A stretch of DNA of 64,000 nt from Deltaproteobacteria bacterium (GCA_016874775.1 VGTJ01000002.1:8700-72699); one strand, 5' to 3'; positions 47,901 through 56,451 are shown, counted from the first letter of the stretch. The notes: generated from the letters alone by a model not told the origin. Program-made: numbers and translations.

Positions 47901-50900
47901 TGAGCAGCTTCCAATCGCTGACGCAGGGCAATGACAGCCTGCCGCGCTCTTTCTTGTTGTGCATCGTGCGCAGCTTGTGACCACAGTGACCGTGCTTGTG
48001 CAAACGCTTGGCTGGCATCGTTCCAGTGCTGGGCGTGCATCTGTTGTTCGGCCTGTTGAGCAGTCTGCGCCCCTTGCTGAAAGAGCGCCGTAGCGTACCT
48101 TTCCGCCTCAGCTCGTTGCGCTTCAGCGCGAGCTTCTTCCGCTTGTTGCTGCGCATCGAGTGCGCGGCGTCGCTGCCGCTCGATCTCAGCTGCGTGTCGA
48201 GCCTTCTCGGCCTCTGTTCGCGCTTCTATGTAACGTTGCGTGACGCGATCATACGCTTCTGCTGCTTTCGCATACTGCTGGGCTTCCCAGGCGGCGTTCG
48301 CTTCAGCTTCTGTTCGTTCCGCGTCAGCCCATTTCGCTCCGCGCCATTCAGTGAGCCCCGCCAATCCATTCCTAGATTCAGCCGCACGTTTCCGTGCGGC
48401 TTCCGCCTTTTCCTTCTCAGCTTGCCGAAAGGCTTCGCCCCCAAGACGCTCCCAGAGTTGACGTGCTTGCTGATAGGCCTCGCTTGCCTGAGAGAAATTC
48501 TCTTGCGTTTCCGCTTGGGCCGCTTGCTCAACAAGGTGTGAGGCTTTAGCAAAATCCGTGGCAAAGCGTTGTGCAGCCCCGGACTTCTCGGCAATCTGCC
48601 GTGCTTCCGTTGTACGTTGTCGAGCGCTTACGGCTTCCTGTCTGTGACGTTCCCGTTGCGCATCGTCAGCAGCTTTCGCCAGCAGCTCTGCCGCGCGCCA
48701 ATAGCGTTGAATCGCCGCCCGCAATTCTTTGGTGCGAATCTGTTTTTCAGCGTCGCTCAGTGCAGCAAGCCCATCGCGCCACAACTCAGCAGCGTAACGC
48801 GTTGCTTCGCGTTGTTCAGCGCGCGTTTTTGCAGACTGCGCTTGCTGCTGTGCATCACGGACTTCCTGTTGTAATTGTTCTTGCTCAGCGTTAGTGCGTG
48901 CTTGGGTATAAGCCTTCGCAGCCTGAGTGTAGAGATCCGTAGCACTGCGATATTCTTGCTTCTGGTAGGCCTGGTCCGCACGCTGCACACGTTCACGCGC
49001 CTGCGCCCAGTTCTCCTTAGCCCAGGCCTGCAGGGGCTCACTCCCCTGCACCACTTCTGCCATTTTCTGCCGCGCGGTATCAGCCTGCTCACGGGCAGCA
49101 AGCACGGCACATTCACGCGCGAGTTGTTGAAAGCGCTGGGCGGCCTCTGTATAGCGGTGGCGAGATTCGCGATATTGCTCTCGCTTTTCGTGCTCTTGTC
49201 CCTCGGCAACCAAGCGTTGAATCTGTTGGTAGGAGGAAGCCGCGCGTTCCTTTGCTTCCGCTTGGTCAGCTTGCACTTGGGCTTGTTGCAGCTGTTGCCG
49301 GACTGCAGCAGTAGCCTGTCGATCTTGTTCGGTAGCGGCTTCTTGGGTGGCTTGCTCATAGCGATCGCGCGCCTGCAGATACGCCTGCTTGGCCTTGTCA
49401 TACGCCTTCGCTTGCAACTGCGTGTCACCTTGCTTCTGGAACAAGGTAGCTTGCTGATACAACGGAGAGGCAAGATCGCGCGCCTGCGCGTCTTCAGCTT
49501 GACGCTGTGCTTCTTTGGCTTGTTGTTGGACGGCGACGGTTTCTAACCGTTGCTGTTCATTGACTGCCTCTTGTTGCGCACGCTCATATTTTTGCGCAGC
49601 AGCAAGATATAACTCACGCGCTTGGGTAAATTCTTCATGCGTGATTGCTGCACTTGCCCGTTGTTCTTGATCTGCAGCTTCACGAAAGAGGTTAGCGGCA
49701 AGTCGTGTCGCACCTTGCTCTTCCGCCGCCGCTTTTGCAGCGGTCGCCCGCGCATGCGCTTTCTCTGCTTCGTCTTTTAGGGTCTCACGGTACGCTTGCT
49801 CGCGAGCATCAGCGAAGGAACGTGCAGCTTCACTATAGCCGTGCGCCGCGTGCTGAAAATCACCTTTCTCAAGAAATTCATCAGCTTGCGATTCCAGGGT
49901 GAGGGCACGCGCGTATCGCGTGCGCGCGTGCCCTCGTGCGCCGTAGTGCTCAGCCTCTTCCTTGGCGGCGGCCATGTTACCCCGTGCCTGCTCGGCTTTC
50001 CGTTTGGCTGCTGCGGTTTGCGCTTCTGCGGCTGCCTGGGTGAAGATCTGGATGGCCTCATCGAATGCTTGTTGAGCTGCGGTAAAGTCCTTGTCCCGTA
50101 AGCTCTTCGCACCGTGTCCTTCCGCCGTCATTCCTTGCTGAAGCAAGGTGGCAGCCCATTCTGACGCACCGTCACGAGTCGCGCGTTCGCGTGCCTCACG
50201 CGCTTGCGTCTGGAGCGACAAAATACGACGACGCTCCCGTTCTTCTTCAAGTTTGCGGATCTGGTCTTCGATATCGTCGTCAGCCTGTGCCTCTTGCTTT
50301 TTCTCTTCTTTTTTTCCCAGCCCAGAGAGAATCAGCGTACCGGTGTCTTCTCCATCAGCGCTCAAATTCCGACAGCTCTCTAGCGCTTGCAGTAGTTCCC
50401 GCATGCTGTGGTAGCGATGGGCACGATTTTTCGCGATCGCCCGCGTCAACAGGTCAGCAAACGCGGCAGGCGTTGGGCGATCAAAGTGCGGCTCGTTCTC
50501 TTTGGTATCGTACAAGACCTTGCCCAGCACGGCATGTTCATCGAGCCCGCCGAAGAATTGCCTACCGGTGCACATCTCATACATCACCATACCCAGCGAA
50601 TAGACATCCGCTCCACCGTCAAGCTGCTCATGGCGCAGTTGCTCAGGCGAGGCATATTTCAAGGTCCCGATCACCATGCCGGTCTTGGTGGAATCGCCAT
50701 CGCCCAGTTCCTTGGCGATGCCAAAGTCCATCACCACCACGCGTGACGAATGGTCCTCAATCATGATGTTGGCGGGTTTGATGTCACGATGGATGATCGG
50801 CGGGGTATGGCCGTGGGCATAGCCTAGGGCTTCAGCGACCTGGCGCGAGATACGCAGAATTTCCGGCAGCGGCAACGGGCCTTTTTCACGGATGTATTTT

Positions 50901-51199
50901 CCAAGCGTCACCCCCTCGATGTACTCCATGACAAAGTAGTAGAGGTTCAGAGTCTCATCGCGCTCGATATCAAGGACACGAACGATATTGGGATGGTTAA
51001 GCCGAGCCATGACGCGCGCTTCCCGATAGAAGCGGTTCACCATGTCTTCGTTTTCCATCAAATACGCAGGCAGGACCTTGAGGGCAGAGATGGTGTCGAG
51101 GGCGGTGTGGCGAACTTTATACACCAGCCCCATGCCACCTTGACCCAGTTGGCCAACAACCTCGTACTTGCGGGAAATCACCATCGGCTTAGTTGCCAT
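44930..51199 (-). CDS. giant (2089-aa) Hanks-type Ser/Thr protein kinase: N-terminal kinase domain, a ~1100-aa degenerate helical repeat region, TM helix, a ~300-aa K/E/A-rich TolA-like spacer, C-terminal NTF2-like domain
   Basis: The kinase domain has GQGGMGLVYKV, the K in ALKVL, HRDIKPANIMI, DFGIAKE and GTLKYASPEQ. Repeated W..A..W...Y..A..Y and RFA.EFA blocks follow. The TM helix is VVAGIAAFVVVAALGFYF. Then come KAEQEKAAKAEADRLKAEQ repeats, and then the NTF2-like domain. Confidence 0.9.
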   Translation of the reverse strand: MATKPMVISRKYEVVGQLGQGGMGLVYKVRHTALDTISALKVLPAYLMENEDMVNRFYREARVMARLNHPNIVRVLDIERDETLNLYYFVMEYIEGVTLGKYIREKGPLPLPEILRISRQVAEALGYAHGHTPPIIHRDIKPANIMIEDHSSRVVVMDFGIAKELGDGDSTKTGMVIGTLKYASPEQLRHEQLDGGADVYSLGMVMYEMCTGRQFFGGLDEHAVLGKVLYDTKENEPHFDRPTPAAFADLLTRAIAKNRAHRYHSMRELLQALESCRNLSADGEDTGTLILSGLGKKEEKKQEAQADDDIEDQIRKLEEERERRRILSLQTQAREARERATRDGASEWAATLLQQGMTAEGHGAKSLRDKDFTAAQQAFDEAIQIFTQAAAEAQTAAAKRKAEQARGNMAAAKEEAEHYGARGHARTRYARALTLESQADEFLEKGDFQHAAHGYSEAARSFADAREQAYRETLKDEAEKAHARATAAKAAAEEQGATRLAANLFREAADQEQRASAAITHEEFTQARELYLAAAQKYERAQQEAVNEQQRLETVAVQQQAKEAQRQAEDAQARDLASPLYQQATLFQKQGDTQLQAKAYDKAKQAYLQARDRYEQATQEAATEQDRQATAAVRQQLQQAQVQADQAEAKERAASSYQQIQRLVAEGQEHEKREQYRESRHRYTEAAQRFQQLARECAVLAAREQADTARQKMAEVVQGSEPLQAWAKENWAQARERVQRADQAYQKQEYRSATDLYTQAAKAYTQARTNAEQEQLQQEVRDAQQQAQSAKTRAEQREATRYAAELWRDGLAALSDAEKQIRTKELRAAIQRYWRAAELLAKAADDAQRERHRQEAVSARQRTTEARQIAEKSGAAQRFATDFAKASHLVEQAAQAETQENFSQASEAYQQARQLWERLGGEAFRQAEKEKAEAARKRAAESRNGLAGLTEWRGAKWADAERTEAEANAAWEAQQYAKAAEAYDRVTQRYIEARTEAEKARHAAEIERQRRRALDAQQQAEEARAEAQRAEAERYATALFQQGAQTAQQAEQQMHAQHWNDASQAFAQARSLWSQAAHDAQQERARQAVIALRQRLEAAQVAATEAAVHSRFAQEFARAQQVVVRGQQAETQQDFSQASDLYEQARQQLLRLRRDADVEAAREDAAAARQQMLQAKENASELKQWANAQWEAAQKQEADAERAFSDQDYENALAQYTQTAQLYTTAATAGEQERLRQETAAAEKQAGTAKKQAEEVDAPRYAATDFNQAAAALDEASRHQRQQKFSQATREYRHAEELFVQAKGTAQHEYAKQEMLAALQRAEEAGSAATQSSAEQRFPREFAQVRGLFERGQAAQKKDDFTTARQNYEQAQQQFIKLVQAVQQQIAQEEADVVRQQAAQAKQAASTLAPRFAAARWKEAQTSETEGEKAWQAQAYEQARAHYAQAAQIYEYAQAEAEVEEQQQRALLANQEAKGRQREADAVHAPQYAADLYRQAQEVREQAEAALAAKQFEESVTLSAQAGELFGQALGIARLARAKQAATESQKRAVAAQAEAQAVRSEEFLPGQHVEAMSELHKAEQALADEKFDAARDQFDRNVSRWKQIRQESEVAWQKHEAEGARTRAYELRQQTQTAKGKQKKSAEKFITTGDQSFQQKRYPQALASYNEASALLSALQQQETEVHPLLDQGPTTEGERTSRPVPVDAPSPARQSSPVVAGIAAFVVVAALGFYFSRGGESVNPQKPSTQQAQEEEARKAAQANAAQEEEARLKAEQAKADQLKAEEERRKAEEVAKSQKAEDDRRKAEEVAKAQKAEEDRRKAEAAKAEADRVKAEQAKAEKLKADQEKAAKAEADRLKAEQEKTLRAEAERLKAEQEKAAKAEADRVKAEQAKAEKLKADQEKAAKAEADRLKAEQEKAAKAEAERLRAEQEKTARAEEERRRAEEAVRQRAAEEERRKAEAARLAEEERLAKVQREETERAKEAGPPSDREAMNWLETIYRPAWENKNTDALVQLGEISAQDATRLRGILEGYKSYSVSFRDVSVRNEGNRAVVRFIRVDTIDGKTLALPPKEVKLEKSNGGRVARTR
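45420..45770. repeat. near-identical in-frame tandem DNA repeats (165-bp period with ~82-bp sub-period) inside the kinase gene
   Basis: The unit starting TCAGCTTTGGCTTGTTCGGCTTTCACACGATCGGCTTCCGCTTTTGCCGC at 45516 recurs at 45681 with only 1-2 mismatches. The repeats encode the duplicated ...AKAEADRVKAEQAKAEKLKADQEKAAKAEADRLKAEQEK... segment. Confidence 0.7.
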
Positions 51200-51214
51200 G
51201 GGTGGACTTCCGAG

Positions 51215-52000
51215 TTAGCCAGCTACGGTTGGATCTTCAATGTACGACAGAATGATGATCGTACTGTTATCTCGGCCCCCACGTTCATTGGCGAGATTGA
51301 CCAGCGCATCACACGATTTTTCGAAATCTGGAGCGGTCTCGTTAATGATACGAAGCATGTCGCTATCTTCAACCACCCCATGAATCCCGTCACTACACAA
51401 GAGGTAAATATCTCCGGATTGGGGCCGTTCGAGCCGCACTGAAGGTTGGACAAGTGGACTCACCCCAACGGCTTGTGTCAACACATGACGGTGCGGAAAT
51501 GTCTTGACTTCTGTTGGTCCGATTTTGCCTTCACGGAGTAACTGCTGCACAAGCGAATGATCTTCCGTGAGGAGCTCAATCGTACCATCACGAACGCGAT
51601 AGACGCGAGAATCGCCAACATGACAAATCCCGGCAACGCTTTCGTGCTCATCAAACAAGACAGCAGCCACCGTTGTCCCCATGCCATTGAGGGCCGGGTC
51701 CTGCTGGCTCATCTCGAAAACTTTGTTATTTGCTCCCTGGATTGCGAGGAAAAGACGACGACCAGCGACCGACGACCAGCCATTCTCGGTTGTGATGGGC
51801 GTCAGATCTTCTCCCTCAGTTTCCTGGAGAACCCCATGCATCGTTTCTACAGCTAAGGCACTTGCGCGCTCTCCCCCGAGATGCCCCCCCATCCCATCCG
51901 CCACGATATAAAACGCCGCCTCGGGAAAGAATCCGGAGGAGTCCTCGTTTTTCACACGCACCTTACCCGTGTCGGTTTTAACTGCGCCACAGATGGACAC
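51215..52000 (-). CDS. PP2C-family Ser/Thr protein phosphatase
   Basis: It uses a GTG start with AAGGAG RBS. VKTDTGKVRVKNEDS...ADGMGGHLGGERAS is the PP2C metal-binding motif set. It ends 15 nt upstream of the kinase gene on the same strand, in the PstP-PknB-like arrangement. Confidence 0.85.
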   Translation of the reverse strand: MSICGAVKTDTGKVRVKNEDSSGFFPEAAFYIVADGMGGHLGGERASALAVETMHGVLQETEGEDLTPITTENGWSSVAGRRLFLAIQGANNKVFEMSQQDPALNGMGTTVAAVLFDEHESVAGICHVGDSRVYRVRDGTIELLTEDHSLVQQLLREGKIGPTEVKTFPHRHVLTQAVGVSPLVQPSVRLERPQSGDIYLLCSDGIHGVVEDSDMLRIINETAPDFEKSCDALVNLANERGGRDNSTIIILSYIEDPTVAG

Positions 52001-52228
52001 GGAACGCTCCTTTCACAACAATACCAGTATTTTTGAGGAATCGGCTGTTTCTATCCTTTTTTTTAGCCCCCTCAGTCAGTTTTAGCAAATACATTTTACT
52101 CTTTGCAAAATAAGAGATTTTTCATACCACAGAAGGTCCCATACACTAAGTACAAACACGGAGTCTGTAGTAGCGCGTGCCATGCGCACAAATTATGACG
52201 CTGAATGGCAGCGTGCACGCAGCGCCCG

Positions 52229-53752
52229 CTACACTGTGGAGCTTTGGCTTCTATCTTCTCTACCGTCAAACGTATACCCCATCCCCCCAGATGGAATAAA
52301 ATCAGCCCGGAAGCCATCGTCATTAAGAGGCATAATAGCGCCAAAAAAGATTGACCCCGAGACCCCCAACACGTAACGCAGACCAAAAGAGATGTCGATG
52401 ACATCATTGCGTTTGAACTTAAAGGGAAAACGGAAGGGAGGGCTGTCGCCGAGGGTACAGGGGTTCGCTTGTGAGCACGATGAAGCCGGACGGGAGAGAG
52501 AAAATCCGGCAAGCCCACTGCCTTTGCCAGGTTGCAGCCGACCAAAATCGCTCCTGCCAATAATATCGATCCCCGCGCCGAGCCGTTTCCATACAAGCGC
52601 GGCAACACCGACAGAGTAGAGGAATGCACTGCGATCCATATTCTTAGTGTTAAAATCCACCCCCAGATTCACATGTGGTTCAATGCGATCCCACATCACT
52701 TGCGACAAATAAATAAACGGGCTTACGTGCGTTTCACCGGTACCATGAAAGTTGTCCTCGTCTCCACTCGGGAGGCGCAGTTCCAAGCCCGCTGCGGCAC
52801 CACCTTGTTCCCCACCCCAGAGCCGGTATTTCGTTCGCAGCGAAATATCACCGACCCCGGTCGCACTTCCCGCCACCTTGGTTAATGTTCGTCGTCCGCG
52901 ATTGGCAGCAAAAAAGCGGGCTTGGGTCAGGTCAACTGGTTGGAGAGAAGAATTGAGTAACGCAAGGTTGACATTCCCTTGTCGGTCGACATTCGACACG
53001 AGAAACGCATCGGCCGTTATAGCTACGGGAATGAGATCATGGCGCACCCGTAAGAAGGTATTCACTATGGGGATAGAAATGCCAACGTCCCAGTTCTCCG
53101 TGAGTCCGTAGCGGAAGGTAGGCACGGCCAGATGCGTCTGAATATGCATCCGGGTGCGGACCGAAGAAAGTCCAAGGGCAGCAATCCTCAGCAACGATCC
53201 ATCATCGAGAAATCGCCCGCACAGTGGATCAAGGAACAACGGCAATCCAGCCGTAGATGGGCAAAACGCTTCGAGCAGTAATGGACTACGCTTGTTCTGC
53301 AAGCTCCCGCCGTTGACGTCATCCAAACCGACATAGGAATAGCCAATACCGAAGTTGAGTTGCCCTTTCCCAAGGGTGAGCGCGCGCTCGCTAAAAAGGG
53401 GACCAGGCACACTGGTGGAGCGTTCAAACACACTCAACGAGGGGATGTAACGATAACTGAAAGCAGGGGCAACTGACGCCAGTGGGGATTGTTGCGTCAC
53501 AGCTTGCGCAACTGCAGCGGAAAGCGCTGGAGCTAACCCCTGCCCTGCGGTGGAGAAGGCAAAAAAATCCGCCCTTCCATCAGCGGCAGTAGGGAATACC
53601 AGGTTCGTAATCAGGAGTGGATTTCGTGGAATCAGATCAAACCCTTCACCGAGCACCGTTGTTAAGTTGCGTGCCTCACTCCGCGACCACGCCCCCCACG
53701 CAACTATTTGCACCACAATGAGAACGATCACACAGCGGTTGAAACATTTCAT
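52229..53752 (-). CDS. outer-membrane beta-barrel protein candidate, paralogue of 54205..55584
   Basis: GGAGG RBS precedes the ATG at 53752. The signal peptide is MKCFNRCVIVLIVVQIVAWGAWS. The sequence has alternating amphipathic strands and is aromatic-rich with Phe/Tyr near the C-terminus. The block SVFERSTSVPGPLFSERALTLGKGQLNFGIGYSY also occurs in the divergent neighbour. Confidence 0.5.
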   Translation of the reverse strand: MKCFNRCVIVLIVVQIVAWGAWSRSEARNLTTVLGEGFDLIPRNPLLITNLVFPTAADGRADFFAFSTAGQGLAPALSAAVAQAVTQQSPLASVAPAFSYRYIPSLSVFERSTSVPGPLFSERALTLGKGQLNFGIGYSYVGLDDVNGGSLQNKRSPLLLEAFCPSTAGLPLFLDPLCGRFLDDGSLLRIAALGLSSVRTRMHIQTHLAVPTFRYGLTENWDVGISIPIVNTFLRVRHDLIPVAITADAFLVSNVDRQGNVNLALLNSSLQPVDLTQARFFAANRGRRTLTKVAGSATGVGDISLRTKYRLWGGEQGGAAAGLELRLPSGDEDNFHGTGETHVSPFIYLSQVMWDRIEPHVNLGVDFNTKNMDRSAFLYSVGVAALVWKRLGAGIDIIGRSDFGRLQPGKGSGLAGFSLSRPASSCSQANPCTLGDSPPFRFPFKFKRNDVIDISFGLRYVLGVSGSIFFGAIMPLNDDGFRADFIPSGGMGYTFDGREDRSQSSTV

Positions 53753-53805
53753 ACGATTGCACCTCCAGAGAAGACTCACATTCCCCGCACTCAATCAGAA
53801 CAGCA

Positions 53806-53914
53806 GACTGGCACACCGGAATTAGCACCCTGAACAAAGTGAAGGGTCTCTCAGAGAGATTCTTCGCTGCGCTCAGAGAATGACACACTCGAAAGGTCAG
53901 AGCGTAAAGTGTAC
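53806..53914 (+). repeat. copy B of the conserved intergenic element (see 30305-30412)
   Basis: About 80% identical to copy A. Its hairpin GAAGGGTCTCTC-aga-GAGAGATTCTTC has an 11-bp stem that includes two G-U pairs. It sits in the divergent promoter region between the two OMP paralogues. Confidence 0.5.
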
Positions 53915-54204
53915 GCATACCCCCTGTTTCGATTTTCGCGAGCCCAACATAAGCGTAATCAAACTGTATAATCCCCTTCGTCAAGAAGAAAGGTCGTACC
54001 GCACACGATAGGGCTACGTCAATCGGTAGAGTTTGTGTGGAATTTTTATGGATTTTTCTTGTATAGCCAAATACTCTTGACGGTAGGAACGTAAGTAGGA
54101 TAGTTACAGGAAGTTACTCACTCGGGGTGCCATTCGCCTTCGCTCGACAATTTTGTTACGATCACATCCTGTTGCGCCGTCTGCCGTTTGGAAGGAGGAG
54201 GAGC

Positions 54205-55584
54205 ATGAAGAAAATACTGTTGGCTATCGGGGTGGTGCTCGGCGCTGTACTTCTCACCGCTCCGGCGTTTGCTCGCAACTTACGGTCCTCATTGGAGAAC
54301 TCCCTCTTTGGTGGCTCACAATCGATTTTTCTTACTGTTCGCAACCAGGCATTTTTCACTGGTTCTGATTTGCCCGACTCGCTCGTATTACTTTCGGCGG
54401 ACCGCAACTCCAAAAGTTTTGGTCGACCGATCCAAACTGCAGGCCCTGGCGGTATCGCCCGCCTTTTTTCGCGCGGCTTGAGCGGAAACATCCTCACTGA
54501 GAGTGCAGTAATTCCGCTTCCCTCTGGGAGTGCGGGTTTTGAATATACGTTTAACCCGACCTTGAGTGTGTTCGAGCGGAGTTCGATTGGACTCGGTGCC
54601 ATCTTTAGTGAGCGCGTGAATACCCTCGGGAAAGGGGTGTTCGCTTTTGGAGTCTCTTATGTTCGACAAGACTTCGACACCTTCAACGGACAGCCATTGT
54701 CGCGATTACAGTTAAATAACAAGCTGTTTCCTGGTCAAGATTCCCTCGGCCCCTTTTTAGACACCGGCATTGTCCAAGGACAAGTCAATCTCAAGGTCAA
54801 AACCAATTCCGTCGCTATCTACGGCATTTACGGGATCACCGATTGGATCGATGTGAGCCTCTTACTACCACTCACGGAGATCTCGTTACGCGCGAGGTCG
54901 ACACTGCAGCAGGGCAGTCAGACACTCCGAGATGACTTTGCAGCGTTCCTGCCAGATCCACGGTGCGGCATCGATCGCGCCAAAGCCAACCAATGCCGCA
55001 TTTCTGATTTTATTATTCTCCGTGGCTCACCAAGGGAAGGCGTGGGTACTCGTTTTTCATTCCTTCAACGGACCCAGCGCAACACCGTCGATAAGAGCCG
55101 CTTTGGGGTGGGAGATTTGCTGATCCGAGCAAAAGCGCGGTTGCTGGACAGTTACTGGGGATCATTCGGGAGTTTAGCCGAGCTGACTTTTCCTACTGGG
55201 AATAAGAACAATTTTCTTGGCGACGATGCCTTCAAAGCGCGCTTTTTGATCCTCTATTCGAAGAACTTGTTTGCCAATCGCCTCAATTTTCATCTCAACG
55301 GTGGTGGAAAGATTACAACCCAATCATCCAACAAAAACACGCTCGAATACGCTACTGCCGTCGATTTCATGGTTACGCCTCGCTTCTCGTTAGTAGCAGA
55401 AATGTTGGGTTCGTGGCGTGTGGACCCGGAAGGATTGCCGCGTCATTTCTTGGATGGAGCCTTTGGTTTTAAGGTGAATCCGTTTGCGGGTCTCATCCTC
55501 AACGCCAGCTTCCGTCTTCCCGTTACCAATGACGGACTCCGCTCCGATCTCGTCTATCTGGCGGGATTGGAGTACGACTTTTAA
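54205..55584 (+). CDS. outer-membrane beta-barrel protein candidate, paralogue of 52229..53752
   Basis: GGAGGAGGA RBS precedes the ATG at 54205. The signal peptide is MKKILLAIGVVLGAVLLTAPAFA. The C-terminal ...YLAGLEYDF ends in Phe, a classic OMP beta-signal. The shared block is SVFERSSIGLGAIFSERVNTLGKGVFAFGVSY. Confidence 0.55.
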   Translation: MKKILLAIGVVLGAVLLTAPAFARNLRSSLENSLFGGSQSIFLTVRNQAFFTGSDLPDSLVLLSADRNSKSFGRPIQTAGPGGIARLFSRGLSGNILTESAVIPLPSGSAGFEYTFNPTLSVFERSSIGLGAIFSERVNTLGKGVFAFGVSYVRQDFDTFNGQPLSRLQLNNKLFPGQDSLGPFLDTGIVQGQVNLKVKTNSVAIYGIYGITDWIDVSLLLPLTEISLRARSTLQQGSQTLRDDFAAFLPDPRCGIDRAKANQCRISDFIILRGSPREGVGTRFSFLQRTQRNTVDKSRFGVGDLLIRAKARLLDSYWGSFGSLAELTFPTGNKNNFLGDDAFKARFLILYSKNLFANRLNFHLNGGGKITTQSSNKNTLEYATAVDFMVTPRFSLVAEMLGSWRVDPEGLPRHFLDGAFGFKVNPFAGLILNASFRLPVTNDGLRSDLVYLAGLEYDF

Positions 55585-55608
55585 AAATACTTTTTAGTTA
55601 AGTTGAGG

Positions 55609-55680
55609 CATTACCCTCACCCGTACTCGCTCCGCTCGTACTGCCCTCTCCCTGGCAGGGAGAGGGATAGGGTGAGGGTC
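55609..55680 (+). terminator. compound GC-rich hairpin downstream of the OMP gene
   Basis: The outer arms CCCTCACCC...GGGTGAGGG enclose an inner hairpin, CCCTCTCCC-tggca-GGGAGAGGG. It starts about 25 nt after the stop at 55584 and lacks a clear U-tract. Confidence 0.4.
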
Positions 55681-55817
55681 GTAAGTGGAGGTCCTATGGT
55701 AGGTTCAATCGCAAATTGCTCTAGCCTTTGCCATTTTCCCTTTCTGGGGCCCCGCCTTTGCGGGAATGACATGGGAGACAATCTACGACAAACAAGATCG
55801 CACCAAGGAGAACGCTC

Positions 55818-56426
55818 ATGAAGAACACTCTGCGACTCTTAGGCTCTTTCCTAACCGCGCTGCTGTTCGTGACTCGTACCGACGCCGTCATGGTCACGCC
55901 GTTCAACATCGAAGAACTGACGCAACGCGCGGACAAAGTCTTTGTCGGCACCTGTACCAAGGTCTCCCGCAGCGTGAACGCGCAGGACATTCCAGTGCTG
56001 GAAGTCACGTTCACTGTGACCGAAGCTGTGAAAGGCGACGTCGGTCAAACAGTCACCTTCCAGCAACTTGACCCCCAAGGGCAGAGCCTGCCGACAACAA
56101 AACCACACCCAGACGAACGCATCAGTGAAGCGCCTCTGGGTATTTTCTCTGCGGCCAAGATTGCTGGCCTACCAACCTACAGTGTAGGCGAAGAAGCGGT
56201 GGTGTTTCTTGCCGCACCAGGCAAGCTCGGGTTAACCACACCGATTGGCCTCACTCAAGGGAAGTTACCAGTGACTACGCTTGCCTCTGGTCAAAAAGTC
56301 GTCACCAACAGCAGCTTACGCAAAAGCGCTCTCACCGACAGTGCTCTCCCAGAGCCTGGCAAGGAAGCACGGTATGAACGCTTCTTGACTGTTCTACGCA
56401 CGATCGCAGGCTCACGGCAGCAGTAA
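55818..56426 (+). CDS. secreted hypothetical protein, co-oriented with and sharing a duplicated 5' leader with the downstream metalloprotease gene
   Basis: AAGGAGAACGC RBS precedes the ATG. The signal peptide is MKNTLRLLGSFLTALLFVTRTDA. No domain is recognised. Confidence 0.5.
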   Translation: MKNTLRLLGSFLTALLFVTRTDAVMVTPFNIEELTQRADKVFVGTCTKVSRSVNAQDIPVLEVTFTVTEAVKGDVGQTVTFQQLDPQGQSLPTTKPHPDERISEAPLGIFSAAKIAGLPTYSVGEEAVVFLAAPGKLGLTTPIGLTQGKLPVTTLASGQKVVTNSSLRKSALTDSALPEPGKEARYERFLTVLRTIAGSRQQ

Positions 56427-56451
56427 GGAGAACCATAAAAGGAGAACGCAC

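Noticed and set aside
45136-49546. Numerous plus-strand ORFs (45136..45510, 45201..45500, 45507..45764, 46991..47536, 47996..48541, 48875..49546 and others) inside the kinase gene
   Set aside because: They lie antisense to, or out of frame with, a 2089-aa ORF of strong kinase homology. Their Ala/Ser/Leu/Phe-rich translations are the mirror image of the K/E/A/Q repeat codons. They have no RBS and no homology.
52096-52629. 177-aa minus-strand ORF overlapping the 3' end of the OMP gene and the PP2C promoter region
   Set aside because: It is out of frame with the OMP gene over its upstream half. The remainder is AT-rich promoter sequence with a 10-bp palindrome (GCGTGCACGC) and no RBS. Spacer sequence is the likelier explanation.
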